Source of the DNA: a virus
Taxonomy: Duplodnaviria > Caudoviricetes
DNA length: 27,961 bases
Direction: 5' to 3' (one strand)
IMG/VR virus record: IMGVR_UViG_3300024287_000087
Location: 1-27,961 of that record
Shown: piece after piece, positions 1 through 9,013 of the stretch
How the letters are laid out: each line of letters begins with the position of its first letter
Position numbering within the stretch: the first letter of the stretch is position 1
The notes under the pieces: model-generated
Databases searched by the model: none
What the model was told of the DNA's origin: nothing
The model's input: only the letters and a program-made list of their open reading frames with translations
Position numbers and translations under genes: made by a program

Positions 1-94
1 ACCTTCAATAACCTGCTCGGTCCTATCTTTCCATCCAATTTTCGCTTTAAAGAATATGGGATGGAAAGATAGGACCGAGCAGGTTATTGAAGGT
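1..94. repeat. Perfect 36-bp inverted repeat (1-36 vs 59-94) at the window start
   Basis: accttcaataacctgctcggtcctatctttccatcc is the exact reverse complement of 59-94, with a 22-nt spacer. Confidence 0.97.
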
Positions 95-151
95 GCCATG
101 CCGGTTACCTGGAATGAGGAAAAGACCTATCAAACGAAGGCTGGTGAATGA
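38..151 (+). CDS. terS: Terminase small subunit / DNA-packaging protein, C-terminal fragment (5'-truncated, absent from the ORF track)
   Basis: Manual translation gives IFALKNMGWKDRTEQVIEGAMPVTWNEEKTYQTKAGE*. IFALKN..W.D resembles P22 gp3-like small terminase C-termini. The stop overlaps the terL start as ATGA (148-151). Confidence 0.8.
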   Translation: MFALKNMGWKDRTEQVIEGAMPVTWNEEKTYQTKAGE

Positions 152-1512
152 AGTTAACATTCAAACAGACTACAGCCCTCGATTATTTAGAGGATAAGAT
201 TACTGAGGAGGTATTGTTTGGCGGTAGTGCGGGGCCAGGCAAATCGGCATTAGGTTGTTATTGGCAGTTAAAGAACAGATTCAAATATCCAGGGAGTAGA
301 GGGTTTATAGGCCGTGACGTTTTCAAGACACTGAAGGATACAACCCTTAAAACGTTCTTTGAGATAGCACAGAAGCAGGGAGTAAAGCGAGGGAAGCACT
401 TTGACCTTACTGGCGCTCACGATAAAGAGAATCCGAATTGCGTGTTATTCGATAACGGTAGTTTGATTTATCTCAGGGATTTGAAGCAAACACCTGCGGA
501 CCCGGACTTTGACGAACTGGGATCACTGGAAATAACGGATTGCTTCATCGATGAGTGCAGCCAGATTGTGCAGAAGGCAAAGGATATCCTTAGGACCCGG
601 TTACGTTTTAAGCTGGTTGAATTCGATCTTATCCCTAAAGCTCTTTACGCGACTAACCCAAATAAAGGGTGGAGTTACTATGAGTTTTACAAGCCGTCAA
701 AGGATGGCCTATTACGAACAGACAGACAGTTTGTAAAATCTCTGGCAACAGACAATCCTTATATCTCACCAGCATACCTGGACAGTTTACGGAAGCTGCC
801 TGAGGGGCCAACTAAAGAGCGGCTATACTTTGGGAACTGGGAATATAGCGACGATCCGGCAGCACTGATCCTGTATGAAAAGATATTGGATTGCTTTACA
901 AATGACTTTCATAGTCTACGAGGGGGAAAGTACATCACGTGTGACGTTGCCAGGTTCGGAAATGATAAAACAGTGATCGGAGTATGGGATGGATTCAGGG
1001 TGAAGCTGTACATGTTTAAGGGGCTATCGGTTCCCGAAGTTGCGGAGAAGGTTATTTACTTCCAACAACTAAACGGCATACCAAATAGCAATACGATAGT
1101 TGACGAAGATGGTGTTGGCGGGGGGGTGGTTGATATTGTGAAATGCAACGGATTTGTGAATAACAGTAGGCCGTTGCCCAACCCGATCAAGCCACAAAAA
1201 GATGAAAAAGGGAATATCAAACCGGAGAACTACGATAATCTGAAATCGCAATGTAGTTACCGGATGTCAGATAGAATCAATAACGCAGGACTATTCATTG
1301 AAGGTGCAGACGCGAAGCAGAAGGAGGAAATAGTTGAGGAAATGGAACAGGTGAAACAGAAAGATGTGGATACTGAAGGCAAAAGGGCTGTAATGCCGAA
1401 AGACCTCGTTAAAGAGGCACTGGGACGTTCACCTGATTATTGGGACACTATAATGATGCGTGAATGGTTCGAATTAAAACCAATTGTAAAAGCGGGTGCT
1501 ATAATGTTATAA
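148..1512 (+). CDS. terL: Terminase large subunit
   Basis: Walker A LFGGSAGPGKS, Walker B CFIDECSQ, coupling motif ATNP, nuclease motifs CDVARFGNDKTV, IVDEDGVGGGVVD and RSPDYWD. Confidence 0.95.
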   Translation: MKLTFKQTTALDYLEDKITEEVLFGGSAGPGKSALGCYWQLKNRFKYPGSRGFIGRDVFKTLKDTTLKTFFEIAQKQGVKRGKHFDLTGAHDKENPNCVLFDNGSLIYLRDLKQTPADPDFDELGSLEITDCFIDECSQIVQKAKDILRTRLRFKLVEFDLIPKALYATNPNKGWSYYEFYKPSKDGLLRTDRQFVKSLATDNPYISPAYLDSLRKLPEGPTKERLYFGNWEYSDDPAALILYEKILDCFTNDFHSLRGGKYITCDVARFGNDKTVIGVWDGFRVKLYMFKGLSVPEVAEKVIYFQQLNGIPNSNTIVDEDGVGGGVVDIVKCNGFVNNSRPLPNPIKPQKDEKGNIKPENYDNLKSQCSYRMSDRINNAGLFIEGADAKQKEEIVEEMEQVKQKDVDTEGKRAVMPKDLVKEALGRSPDYWDTIMMREWFELKPIVKAGAIML

Positions 1513-3000
1513 ATGGCAAAAGTAACAGTTACAAAAAAGAAGGATGGATCGGTAGTATATAGCACCGGCGGCGGGTTCTTTGGTAATATGATGGGCGCCA
1601 TTCGTAGCGGGTTTAACCGGCTCATGCGTGGTAGAACAGGCGGCCTCACATCTTGGTTAGGTAAGCGTGAAGTGATCCCAGAGTACGACCAAAGCAAGGC
1701 TATTGATGATGGTTTTAACGCGAGTACCTGGATATATGCAATTATAGCCAAGAACGCAAAGAAGTTTGCCTCGGTACCCAGATACCTGTACGATGAAAAA
1801 GCATTAATGCAGGAGAAGGGGGCAAAATTCAAACTGAGAACAAAAGCACTTAATACAGCACAGCTCTTTGACAGTGATTTAAATACGCTACTGAATCGAC
1901 CTAACGAATATCAGGGCAGGGCTCAGTTTATGGCATTGTTAAAAGCCTTTTACCTGGCTACAGGTGAGGCTTTCATCTGGTTGAATCGGGGCGATGTAAA
2001 GCAAAGGTTAGATAAGAATACCGGGCTATTGGTTGATCGAAGTGATAAGGAGATGGATGCGTTGCCGGTATTGGAGATGTATGTACTACCATCCAACTAC
2101 ATGAAGGTGTACAGTGATCCTGATAATATTTTCGGCATAAGCGGTTATTGCCTGGAAGTGGCTGGGGTAAAATTGGATATACGTAAAGGTGATATCATCC
2201 ACTGGCGGGATCTTAACCTAAAGTTCGATCCTGCGTCGGGAACTCACCTGCGAGGCATGACAAGGCTGACACCGGGCAACAAAACGGTACAGGAGAACAA
2301 AGATATAGTTAAGAGTAGCGTCCGGATGTACCAAAACGATGGAGCCAAAGGGATACTATTTGCGCCTGAGGTTGGTGTTGATTCGCTTACTGCCCAACAG
2401 GAGGCAGATATTAGGACGGTAGTAAACGCGAAGATCAACGAGAATGATATTAAAGGCGCCGTTGCTTTGTTGATGGGCTACAAGTGGGAATACATCGATC
2501 TGGCAATTAATGCAGTGGACCTTAGCCTTATTGAAGGTAGAACGAAGAACCAACAAGAGCTGTGCGCACTTTACGACACGCCTCATCTGCTATTCATACC
2601 AACCGAGGCTACCCTTGCGAACTTGGAAAGTGCAAAACGTAATTGGGTTAATGATGTTGTGATACCAGCCTCGAAAGAACTTGATGACCTGCTTAACCTC
2701 CGGCTATTGCCGGCATTTGATCTTGTTGGTAAAGCAAAGATCATTAGCGACTTCACAGAGTTACCGGAATTGCAGGAGGATATGAACAAACTGGTTGAAA
2801 CATTATTAAAGGCGTTCTGGGTAACGCCAAATCAGAAGCTTATAGCCCAAGGGTATGAGGCAAACAGCGATCCTCTATTTGACGAACCATGGATACCGTC
2901 AGGATATCAACCATTGAGCCAGGTGGCAGAAAGCATGCAGGGAGACGGGTATACGCAGCAGGTTGAGGAAATGAAAAAGAGAGGGATTATTAAGTCATGA
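1513..3000 (+). CDS. Phage portal protein (HK97-like)
   Basis: Directly follows terL. Motifs LLNRPNEYQ, YLATGEAFIW, DIIHWRD, YQNDGAKGIL and ANLESAKRNW; 495 aa. Confidence 0.92.
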   Translation: MAKVTVTKKKDGSVVYSTGGGFFGNMMGAIRSGFNRLMRGRTGGLTSWLGKREVIPEYDQSKAIDDGFNASTWIYAIIAKNAKKFASVPRYLYDEKALMQEKGAKFKLRTKALNTAQLFDSDLNTLLNRPNEYQGRAQFMALLKAFYLATGEAFIWLNRGDVKQRLDKNTGLLVDRSDKEMDALPVLEMYVLPSNYMKVYSDPDNIFGISGYCLEVAGVKLDIRKGDIIHWRDLNLKFDPASGTHLRGMTRLTPGNKTVQENKDIVKSSVRMYQNDGAKGILFAPEVGVDSLTAQQEADIRTVVNAKINENDIKGAVALLMGYKWEYIDLAINAVDLSLIEGRTKNQQELCALYDTPHLLFIPTEATLANLESAKRNWVNDVVIPASKELDDLLNLRLLPAFDLVGKAKIISDFTELPELQEDMNKLVETLLKAFWVTPNQKLIAQGYEANSDPLFDEPWIPSGYQPLSQVAESMQGDGYTQQVEEMKKRGIIKS

Positions 3001-3233
3001 CGAGCGAACAACTACAGCAGGCCAATAAGATTAATACGCAGATTGCGCTGATCGATGAAATGGAAAAAGAGGTAGAACGGTTTAAAAAAACCAAGTTCTG
3101 CGGATCATTACCAACCAGCATTAACCGGTATATAAAAGAGAACCCAGCCCTAGCAATGGCAATAGTCGATATGATAGTATCAGAGGCGGTGAGCAAAAAG
3201 CAAATGTTACAAGGCCAATGGAAAACGCTGTAA
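2997..3233 (+). CDS. Small hypothetical protein (78 aa)
   Basis: ATGA overlap with the portal stop; helical composition. Confidence 0.6.
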   Translation: MTSEQLQQANKINTQIALIDEMEKEVERFKKTKFCGSLPTSINRYIKENPALAMAIVDMIVSEAVSKKQMLQGQWKTL

Positions 3234-3409
3234 TAGAAAGAATAAAAGCAATAGTGGCAAAGAGATTTCCGACAGACTACCTATGTAAAAGGATGAAGAA
3301 GAAGACCGAGGAAGCCAGAGAAGTGAGATTGCAAAAGTGGCTGAAAGAATTGGAAGGGTTAACAGCCGAAGAAACCGAATTGAAAATAAAAGAGTGGGAG
3401 AGCAAATGA
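3218..3409 (+). CDS. Small charged hypothetical protein (63 aa)
   Basis: Overlaps the upstream ORF, and its TGA overlaps ATG 3406 of the next gene. Confidence 0.6.
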   Translation: MENAVIERIKAIVAKRFPTDYLCKRMKKKTEEAREVRLQKWLKELEGLTAEETELKIKEWESK

Positions 3410-4245
3410 ACCAGGCCCGGCGCAGAGAATATAGCACCAAATACGCCGCTCAATCCCAACGGATAGAACGGGAGTTCTTACGTAAAGTATTCAATGCATT
3501 GCGATGGCAGGTTGAACAGGCTATACCGATCATAAAGGCCAACGGGCCGGCGATGGCAAAAGGCCAAATTGATATGCAGGTGTTCAATGAGAAGATAGAG
3601 CCTGTGATTACCGACCTGCATGTGGTAGCCGGAGTGTTCTTTGCAAATAAGGGGTTACGAGAGATAAACAAGGCGGTGAAAATGAACACAAAGGCTGCGT
3701 CGTTCGGCTTCAGTGATCAGTGGGCTGAGGATATAATTGCCTACTTCAAATTGCACCTGCTGGAAAAGTCAGTTTATCCTGTTTCGCAAACAACACGTGA
3801 CCAAATCCTTGCATTGCTTGAGCAAGGGCAGCGTGAAGGCTGGGGGTACGATAGAATAGCGGATGCCCTGCGAGATCCTGAAATGCTGCTCTGGCGAGCC
3901 AGGATGATAGTAAGAACGGAAACGCTCTTTGCATCTGAAATAGGCCGGAAACTGGCCGCAGATAAAAGTGATTATGAAACCGGCAAAGAATGGATTGCGG
4001 CCAACGATCACCGTACCAGGCACAGTCATCGAGCGGTTGATGGCGAGGTAATAGCTCAGGATGCAAAGTTCGCCGTATCAATTTACAAAGGCAATCTACC
4101 GATAGGAGTTGAAATGATGACGGGGCCGGGCGACCCAACGGCAAGCGCCGGTAATGTGATCAACTGTCGATGTACGGCCGCCCTTGTACCGCTCAGGGAT
4201 GAAAGCGGGAGACTTATACCTAAACAACAATTAGTAACAGCATAA
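3406..4245 (+). CDS. Minor head / head morphogenesis protein (SPP1 gp7 / Mu gpF-like); start moved from 3337 to ATG 3406
   Basis: Motifs RARMIVRTET, KEWIAANDHRTRHSH and GPGDP..SAGNVINCRC. The ATGA overlap at 3406-3409 supports the start. Confidence 0.88.
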   Translation: MNQARRREYSTKYAAQSQRIEREFLRKVFNALRWQVEQAIPIIKANGPAMAKGQIDMQVFNEKIEPVITDLHVVAGVFFANKGLREINKAVKMNTKAASFGFSDQWAEDIIAYFKLHLLEKSVYPVSQTTRDQILALLEQGQREGWGYDRIADALRDPEMLLWRARMIVRTETLFASEIGRKLAADKSDYETGKEWIAANDHRTRHSHRAVDGEVIAQDAKFAVSIYKGNLPIGVEMMTGPGDPTASAGNVINCRCTAALVPLRDESGRLIPKQQLVTA

Positions 4246-4255
4246 ATATTGTGAC

Positions 4256-5185
4256 ATGCTTACAAAGGCAATGAAGATAGCAAAAGATGGCATAACGATT
4301 AAAGACCTTGATATGAGCAAAAGGCAAGCAGTGATCGCCCATGCCACATATCAAACTTTAGACCGTGAGGGCGACAGGGCCAATAAAGGCATGTTTACAA
4401 AAAGCTGGAATGAAAACTTTGACGACCTGCGCTTTTTCTTGAACCACAAAAAAGAGCTTGCCCCTGGAAAACCACTTAAGGCATGGGATGACAGCGAGCA
4501 TGCATATACACAAGTATATCTAGGCACCCACACCTTAGGCGAAGATGTATTAAAGCAAATGGATGAGGGTATTATAGTTGCCAGCTCTTATGGCTTCAAC
4601 CCCGTGAAGGCCGTTAAAATGGCAAAAGGCGGTTATGATAATAAGGAGGTTCAGCACCTTGAAACGTCTGTCCTTACTCATTGGGGGGCGCATAAAGCGT
4701 CTGGTGTTGTAAGTGTAATAAAATCATTTGACCCGGAAAGGTTGAAAGATTTGAATGACCAGGAAAAGAACTTTCTGCGTCGGCTAATTGCAAATAGGTC
4801 TGAAGCATTACAGATGTCTATTGATATGAATAACACGGTTACCGAGGGCACAGATATGTGGAGTTATATCAATGAAGTCATAGGATCAATTTCCTATGAT
4901 GTGGGCTGGCTTAAACGCCGACTAGAATATGGTGTAAAAGAAGTTGACGATTTGAGGGCCGGGGTTAAGGCTATGGAAAAATTCATCCGAAATACAAGAG
5001 CGTCGGATGAATGTATTATACAAATAACAAAAGAGCTAGAAAATACGAAACAGTTATTATCTGAGATTGATACCGCTGTACACTCTGAGCCGGTTAACCC
5101 CACTCATGAGCCGTCTGCCAGCAAACAGGATAATGAGTTTCTGAAACAACTCAATTACTCATTATTAAATGTAAACGCATTATGA
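4256..5185 (+). CDS. Prohead maturation protease (HK97-type) with a helical C-terminal extension
   Basis: Motifs DREGD, FFLNH (His), ASSYGF (Ser) and LETSVLTHWGA; located before the capsid gene. Confidence 0.88.
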   Translation: MLTKAMKIAKDGITIKDLDMSKRQAVIAHATYQTLDREGDRANKGMFTKSWNENFDDLRFFLNHKKELAPGKPLKAWDDSEHAYTQVYLGTHTLGEDVLKQMDEGIIVASSYGFNPVKAVKMAKGGYDNKEVQHLETSVLTHWGAHKASGVVSVIKSFDPERLKDLNDQEKNFLRRLIANRSEALQMSIDMNNTVTEGTDMWSYINEVIGSISYDVGWLKRRLEYGVKEVDDLRAGVKAMEKFIRNTRASDECIIQITKELENTKQLLSEIDTAVHSEPVNPTHEPSASKQDNEFLKQLNYSLLNVNAL

Positions 5186-6549
5186 AACGTAATTTAATGT
5201 CACTGGCAGCTATAGGTTTTGCTGCTGGCCTTCCTAAAATATCAACCCGGCGCATGCCTGGCGTAAACCGCTTTGGTTATGCCGCCTATAAAACTGATGG
5301 CGACGGGAAATCGCCTGAGCTGGAAGCTCTGGAAAAGCTAAATACAGCTACTGAAACCCGGTACAAAGAACTTAAAGAAGAACTGGGCTTGAGAACTAAA
5401 GAGCTTGGTGAGATGAAAGCTTTCAATGAAGGCCAGGCTGCCAAGATCACCGAATACGAAAACAATGTGAAGGAGCTTAATAGCATCCTTGGCGAAAAAG
5501 GCGCCACACTGAAGCAGATACAGGATGAGGTAACTGAGCTGAGAGCGAAAGCCGGTCAGATGAAGTTTACCCTGCCTGAAAAGCAAATGGGAGTAAAAGA
5601 TCTTTTCCTGAAGGATTTCGAAGCTGCTGCCGAAAATGCAGTTAAGGAGTTCCGGCCTGATCTGCACAACAATGTGAATAATGCCCTGCCTTTCATGAAA
5701 ACGAAAGCAGTAGGTACAATGACCATTGCCAGCAATATCACCGGCGCATCAATTTCCGCTGTTCCTACCTGGGATAACAATTTTGCGGTGCGTGGCCGCC
5801 AGTTGGTACATTTCCGTGACCTCGTGCGGACCATTGATACTACTACCGGTCTGTACATCTTCTTACGTCAGAACATTCCAGCAGGCGAGGGCTCCGTTGC
5901 CGCCACCACTGCCCCGGGTGCAACAAAAAGTAAACGGGATTACGATAATACTCTGGTTACCGTAACCAGTAAGTATCGTGCTGGTACCGTGGACGTAGCA
6001 AGTGAAATGATCCAGGATATTCCCGGATTATCTCAGTACATCACCGAGGAATTAACAGAAGACTACCTGCGTACAGAGTCTTTTGATTTCTTCGGCTCGC
6101 TTATCGCTGCCGCTACCGGTTCATCTGCCGTTCCCGCTGGCGTAACGGTGACCGCCGAAAGAATACCTCATTATATAGCAAACCTGGAATCTAACGATTA
6201 CCAGCCGACTGATATCGTGGTTCGCCCGCGTGTTTGGGCAAACTTGCTCAATACCAAACCAGCCGACTACAGTACGCCTGGTGGTTTCCTGGTATTGCCT
6301 GATGGCACTATCATTTTTGCGGGCTTGCGCTTAACCAAATGTTCAAGCAATGCGCTTGCCGATGACAGAGTGTTAATCGGTGATTTTCGCAAAACGCTGA
6401 TTACGCAGAAGGCTGGTGAAGGTTTCAACGTGCGCATGTTTAATACGCACGATCAGGCGGTGTATGCTAACCTGATCACCTTCAGAGGTGAAGCGCGTGC
6501 AGAAGTTGCCATCCTGCGTCCTGATGCATTCCTGGTGGGTGGCGCGTAA
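5182..6549 (+). CDS. Major capsid protein, HK97 fold, with an N-terminal coiled-coil (delta/scaffold) domain
   Basis: Coiled coil at about aa 45-125. Motifs SEMIQDIPGL, LIGDF and NLITFRGEARAEVAILRPDAF; followed by a terminator. Confidence 0.93.
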   Translation: MKRNLMSLAAIGFAAGLPKISTRRMPGVNRFGYAAYKTDGDGKSPELEALEKLNTATETRYKELKEELGLRTKELGEMKAFNEGQAAKITEYENNVKELNSILGEKGATLKQIQDEVTELRAKAGQMKFTLPEKQMGVKDLFLKDFEAAAENAVKEFRPDLHNNVNNALPFMKTKAVGTMTIASNITGASISAVPTWDNNFAVRGRQLVHFRDLVRTIDTTTGLYIFLRQNIPAGEGSVAATTAPGATKSKRDYDNTLVTVTSKYRAGTVDVASEMIQDIPGLSQYITEELTEDYLRTESFDFFGSLIAAATGSSAVPAGVTVTAERIPHYIANLESNDYQPTDIVVRPRVWANLLNTKPADYSTPGGFLVLPDGTIIFAGLRLTKCSSNALADDRVLIGDFRKTLITQKAGEGFNVRMFNTHDQAVYANLITFRGEARAEVAILRPDAFLVGGA

Positions 6550-6569
6550 GTATATATTCTTTGATTAAC

Positions 6570-6595
6570 GGGGCGGTAAAACGCCGCCCCTTTTT
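6570..6595 (+). terminator. Intrinsic terminator after the major capsid gene
   Basis: GGGGCGG-taaaacg-CCGCCCC-TTTTT. Confidence 0.85.
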
Positions 6596-6603
6596 ATAAC
6601 TCT

Positions 6604-7197
6604 ATGTGGGATTTATTCGATAGAAAAGTTTGTTTGACAGCTGATCCGGGCGAATGGGCGAAAGCTGACGCCGAGTTTAAAAGGATCGGACTTGATGACG
6701 TTCAGCGCTTCAATGCGATCCCGCATATAGGACCGCACCAGTCTTTCAATTGTAGCACCCGGCAAATCCTTATCGAATTCTTTGAATCTGACGCAATGCA
6801 TTTGCTGTTCCTGGAAGATGATTGTGTGTTCAGGGAATGCGCCCTTGTAGATCAGGCTTTAAAGTATCTGCCCGCCGACTGGGACATAGTTTATTTCGGC
6901 TGTAATATTCAGGAGGAACAACCGGTAAAAATTACCGATAACTTATTTAAGATAAAGGGGGCCTTAACCACGCACTGTATTGGCTATAATAAGAAATGCA
7001 TAGAGTTTATCCTTGAAAACCAACCGGGATTCAGTGAGCAGATGTATGATAGTTGGCTTTCGGGTAACCTGAGCCGGCTAAACGCTTATGTGATCAACCC
7101 AATGGTTGCGTGGCAGCGGCCGCGCCATAGTAAGATATGGGGGCATGAGGTAGATTATAACGAGCATTTCATTAAGTCACAAAAACTGCTTGCATGA
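6604..7197 (+). CDS. Glycosyltransferase, GT25-like
   Basis: Motifs RFNAI, LLFLEDDCVF, LPADWDIVYFG, TTHCIGY and INPMVAWQ match the GT25/LOS-biosynthesis pattern. Confidence 0.78.
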   Translation: MWDLFDRKVCLTADPGEWAKADAEFKRIGLDDVQRFNAIPHIGPHQSFNCSTRQILIEFFESDAMHLLFLEDDCVFRECALVDQALKYLPADWDIVYFGCNIQEEQPVKITDNLFKIKGALTTHCIGYNKKCIEFILENQPGFSEQMYDSWLSGNLSRLNAYVINPMVAWQRPRHSKIWGHEVDYNEHFIKSQKLLA

Positions 7198-7967
7198 AGC
7201 GCCTCATATCATTCACAGACCACAATATGACCATTGCAGCGAAAATCTGCGAGATGAGCGCATTGCAGAACAATGTGCATGAAGTGAAGGCATATGGCCC
7301 TAAAGATATTGATGCCAAATTCAGAAAGGCGAACGCTGCAATACTAGATCAGCAACGCGGTTGTGGGTACTGGCTGTGGAAGCCATACTTTATGGATAGG
7401 GAGTTGAAGAATATGAAAGACGGCGATTATCTGATCTATTGCGACGTCGGCGTGGAGATCGTCAACAACGTGAACCATATTATTGATCGGATGGCGGGTG
7501 ATATCTGGCTGTTTGGGAATAAATTTCAGCACGTTCATTGGTGTAAGGCAGATGTGATGAAGATTCTAAACTGTTGGGATAGCGGAAGCCAGGTACAGGC
7601 AAGTGTTATTGTGATTCGCAATACGCGAATGGCAAAAGAGTTTGTGAACGAATGGCTTACATGGTGTACAGTATCAGGCATGATCGATGACAGCCCAAGC
7701 AATTGCCCCAATCATCCCGAGTTTCAAGAACACCGGCACGATCAGGCAATTTTGACAACGCTGGCATATAGGGAGCGCATTACACCTTTCCACTGGTGGC
7801 CAGCCATGTACAATGCAGGGAACTTTATCTATGAGAAAACCGGTTATAATGATACTTACCCGGTATTGTTCCATCACCACCGGATGCGCGACAACGACTT
7901 TACGGCAACCGACGACCTTAACCGACACATGCAGAAGTATTTCAAATCAAAATATTCATTTGTATGA
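7194..7967 (+). CDS. Putative glycosyltransferase (GT-A-like, family uncertain)
   Basis: Motifs RGCGYWLWKPY, DGDYLIYCDVG, QVQASVIV and EHRHDQAILT, a pattern I associate with uncharacterised glycan-locus proteins. Confidence 0.62.
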   Translation: MKRLISFTDHNMTIAAKICEMSALQNNVHEVKAYGPKDIDAKFRKANAAILDQQRGCGYWLWKPYFMDRELKNMKDGDYLIYCDVGVEIVNNVNHIIDRMAGDIWLFGNKFQHVHWCKADVMKILNCWDSGSQVQASVIVIRNTRMAKEFVNEWLTWCTVSGMIDDSPSNCPNHPEFQEHRHDQAILTTLAYRERITPFHWWPAMYNAGNFIYEKTGYNDTYPVLFHHHRMRDNDFTATDDLNRHMQKYFKSKYSFV

Positions 7968-8197
7968 AGAAAGAAAATAAAGCAATTGATGAAACGACTG
8001 AGGCGACAACTGAAACCAACGAAACAGCAGTCAATCCGGTTGTAGATGTGCTCAAAAGCATTTCCAATATGTCACAGGTTAACCGCCTTGTGCTTTACAG
8101 CCGGTTAGATGTCATTATCAATCATGATAGAGAAAAGGCATCACACGGCGCAGACGGCGGTACGCATTTATTCGAAGAAGCAATAAACAGTTTGTAA
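7964..8197 (+). CDS. Small hypothetical protein with a Thr/Glu-rich N-terminus (77 aa)
   Basis: ATGA overlap upstream and TAATG overlap downstream. Confidence 0.7.
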   Translation: MKKENKAIDETTEATTETNETAVNPVVDVLKSISNMSQVNRLVLYSRLDVIINHDREKASHGADGGTHLFEEAINSL

Positions 8198-8823
8198 TGC
8201 TGGACTTCCTGAACAAATATGCCTCAAATATCACCTACTCACAGAATGGCGAGGAAGGGATTTTAGTCGAATGCCTTTCCAGGTTAAAGATTAAAACCGG
8301 TCATGCAGTTGAGATAGGTGCCAACAATGGTATTTGGTGCAGTAATACTGCGCTTTTGCTCAAAGATGGCTGGACGGGCAAAATGGTTGAGTCGGATTTT
8401 AATCTATGGAAGCAGTGCGAAGAAAACTGGAAGCCTTACCCGAATGTGAAATGCCAGTGCAGCCATGTAGACAAGTACAACATAAACGCTTTTGTAGACG
8501 ACAAGTGCGATGTACTGAGTATTGATACGGACGGACAGGACTACGAGTTATTAAAAGCCCTGAAAGCAAAGCCGAAAATTGTAATTGTGGAGATCGACAG
8601 CAGCATACCGCCCGATGCCGACCGGTTCAATAGTGAGGGCGGCGCCGGTTACTTACCAATGGTAAAACTTGGAATCGAGAAAGGTTACTTCCTGCTGGCC
8701 CATACAGGCAACCTTGTCTTTGTCGACAAGCAATATAAAAAGCTGTTCCCCGAGATCAAGGGCGATGGGCTGAAGAATGCCGGGGAGTATTTCAGAACGA
8801 ATTGGCTTCCTGTAAATGCATAA
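8197..8823 (+). CDS. FkbM-like SAM-dependent methyltransferase
   Basis: Motifs YSQNGEEGIL, VEIGANNG..SNT, GWTG..VE, DVLSIDTDGQDY and PKIVIVE. Confidence 0.82.
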   Translation: MLDFLNKYASNITYSQNGEEGILVECLSRLKIKTGHAVEIGANNGIWCSNTALLLKDGWTGKMVESDFNLWKQCEENWKPYPNVKCQCSHVDKYNINAFVDDKCDVLSIDTDGQDYELLKALKAKPKIVIVEIDSSIPPDADRFNSEGGAGYLPMVKLGIEKGYFLLAHTGNLVFVDKQYKKLFPEIKGDGLKNAGEYFRTNWLPVNA

Positions 8824-9013
8824 ATATTTAATATATCCGAAAGCCATTCGAGAAAGCCAAAAGAATGGCGGCAATTGGGTGATTTCAGTAAAGTCAGCCG
8901 CCCTTCCTAATGCTATTCATGCGCTAAGTAATAGTAGCTTATTGTGGTGCTTTAGGATGTTCATTATGAATTATTGTCGCTATTTAAAATACATGCATAA
9001 TACTGTGTTATGA
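8816..9013 (+). CDS. Small hypothetical protein (65 aa)
   Basis: Fills the gap and overlaps both neighbours; no recognisable motif. Confidence 0.5.
   Translation: MHKYLIYPKAIRESQKNGGNWVISVKSAALPNAIHALSNSSLLWCFRMFIMNYCRYLKYMHNTVL

Noticed and set aside
3337-3405. GTG-started N-terminal extension of the minor head protein
   Set aside because: It overlaps the 3218..3409 gene; ATG 3406 gives a standard ATGA coupling.
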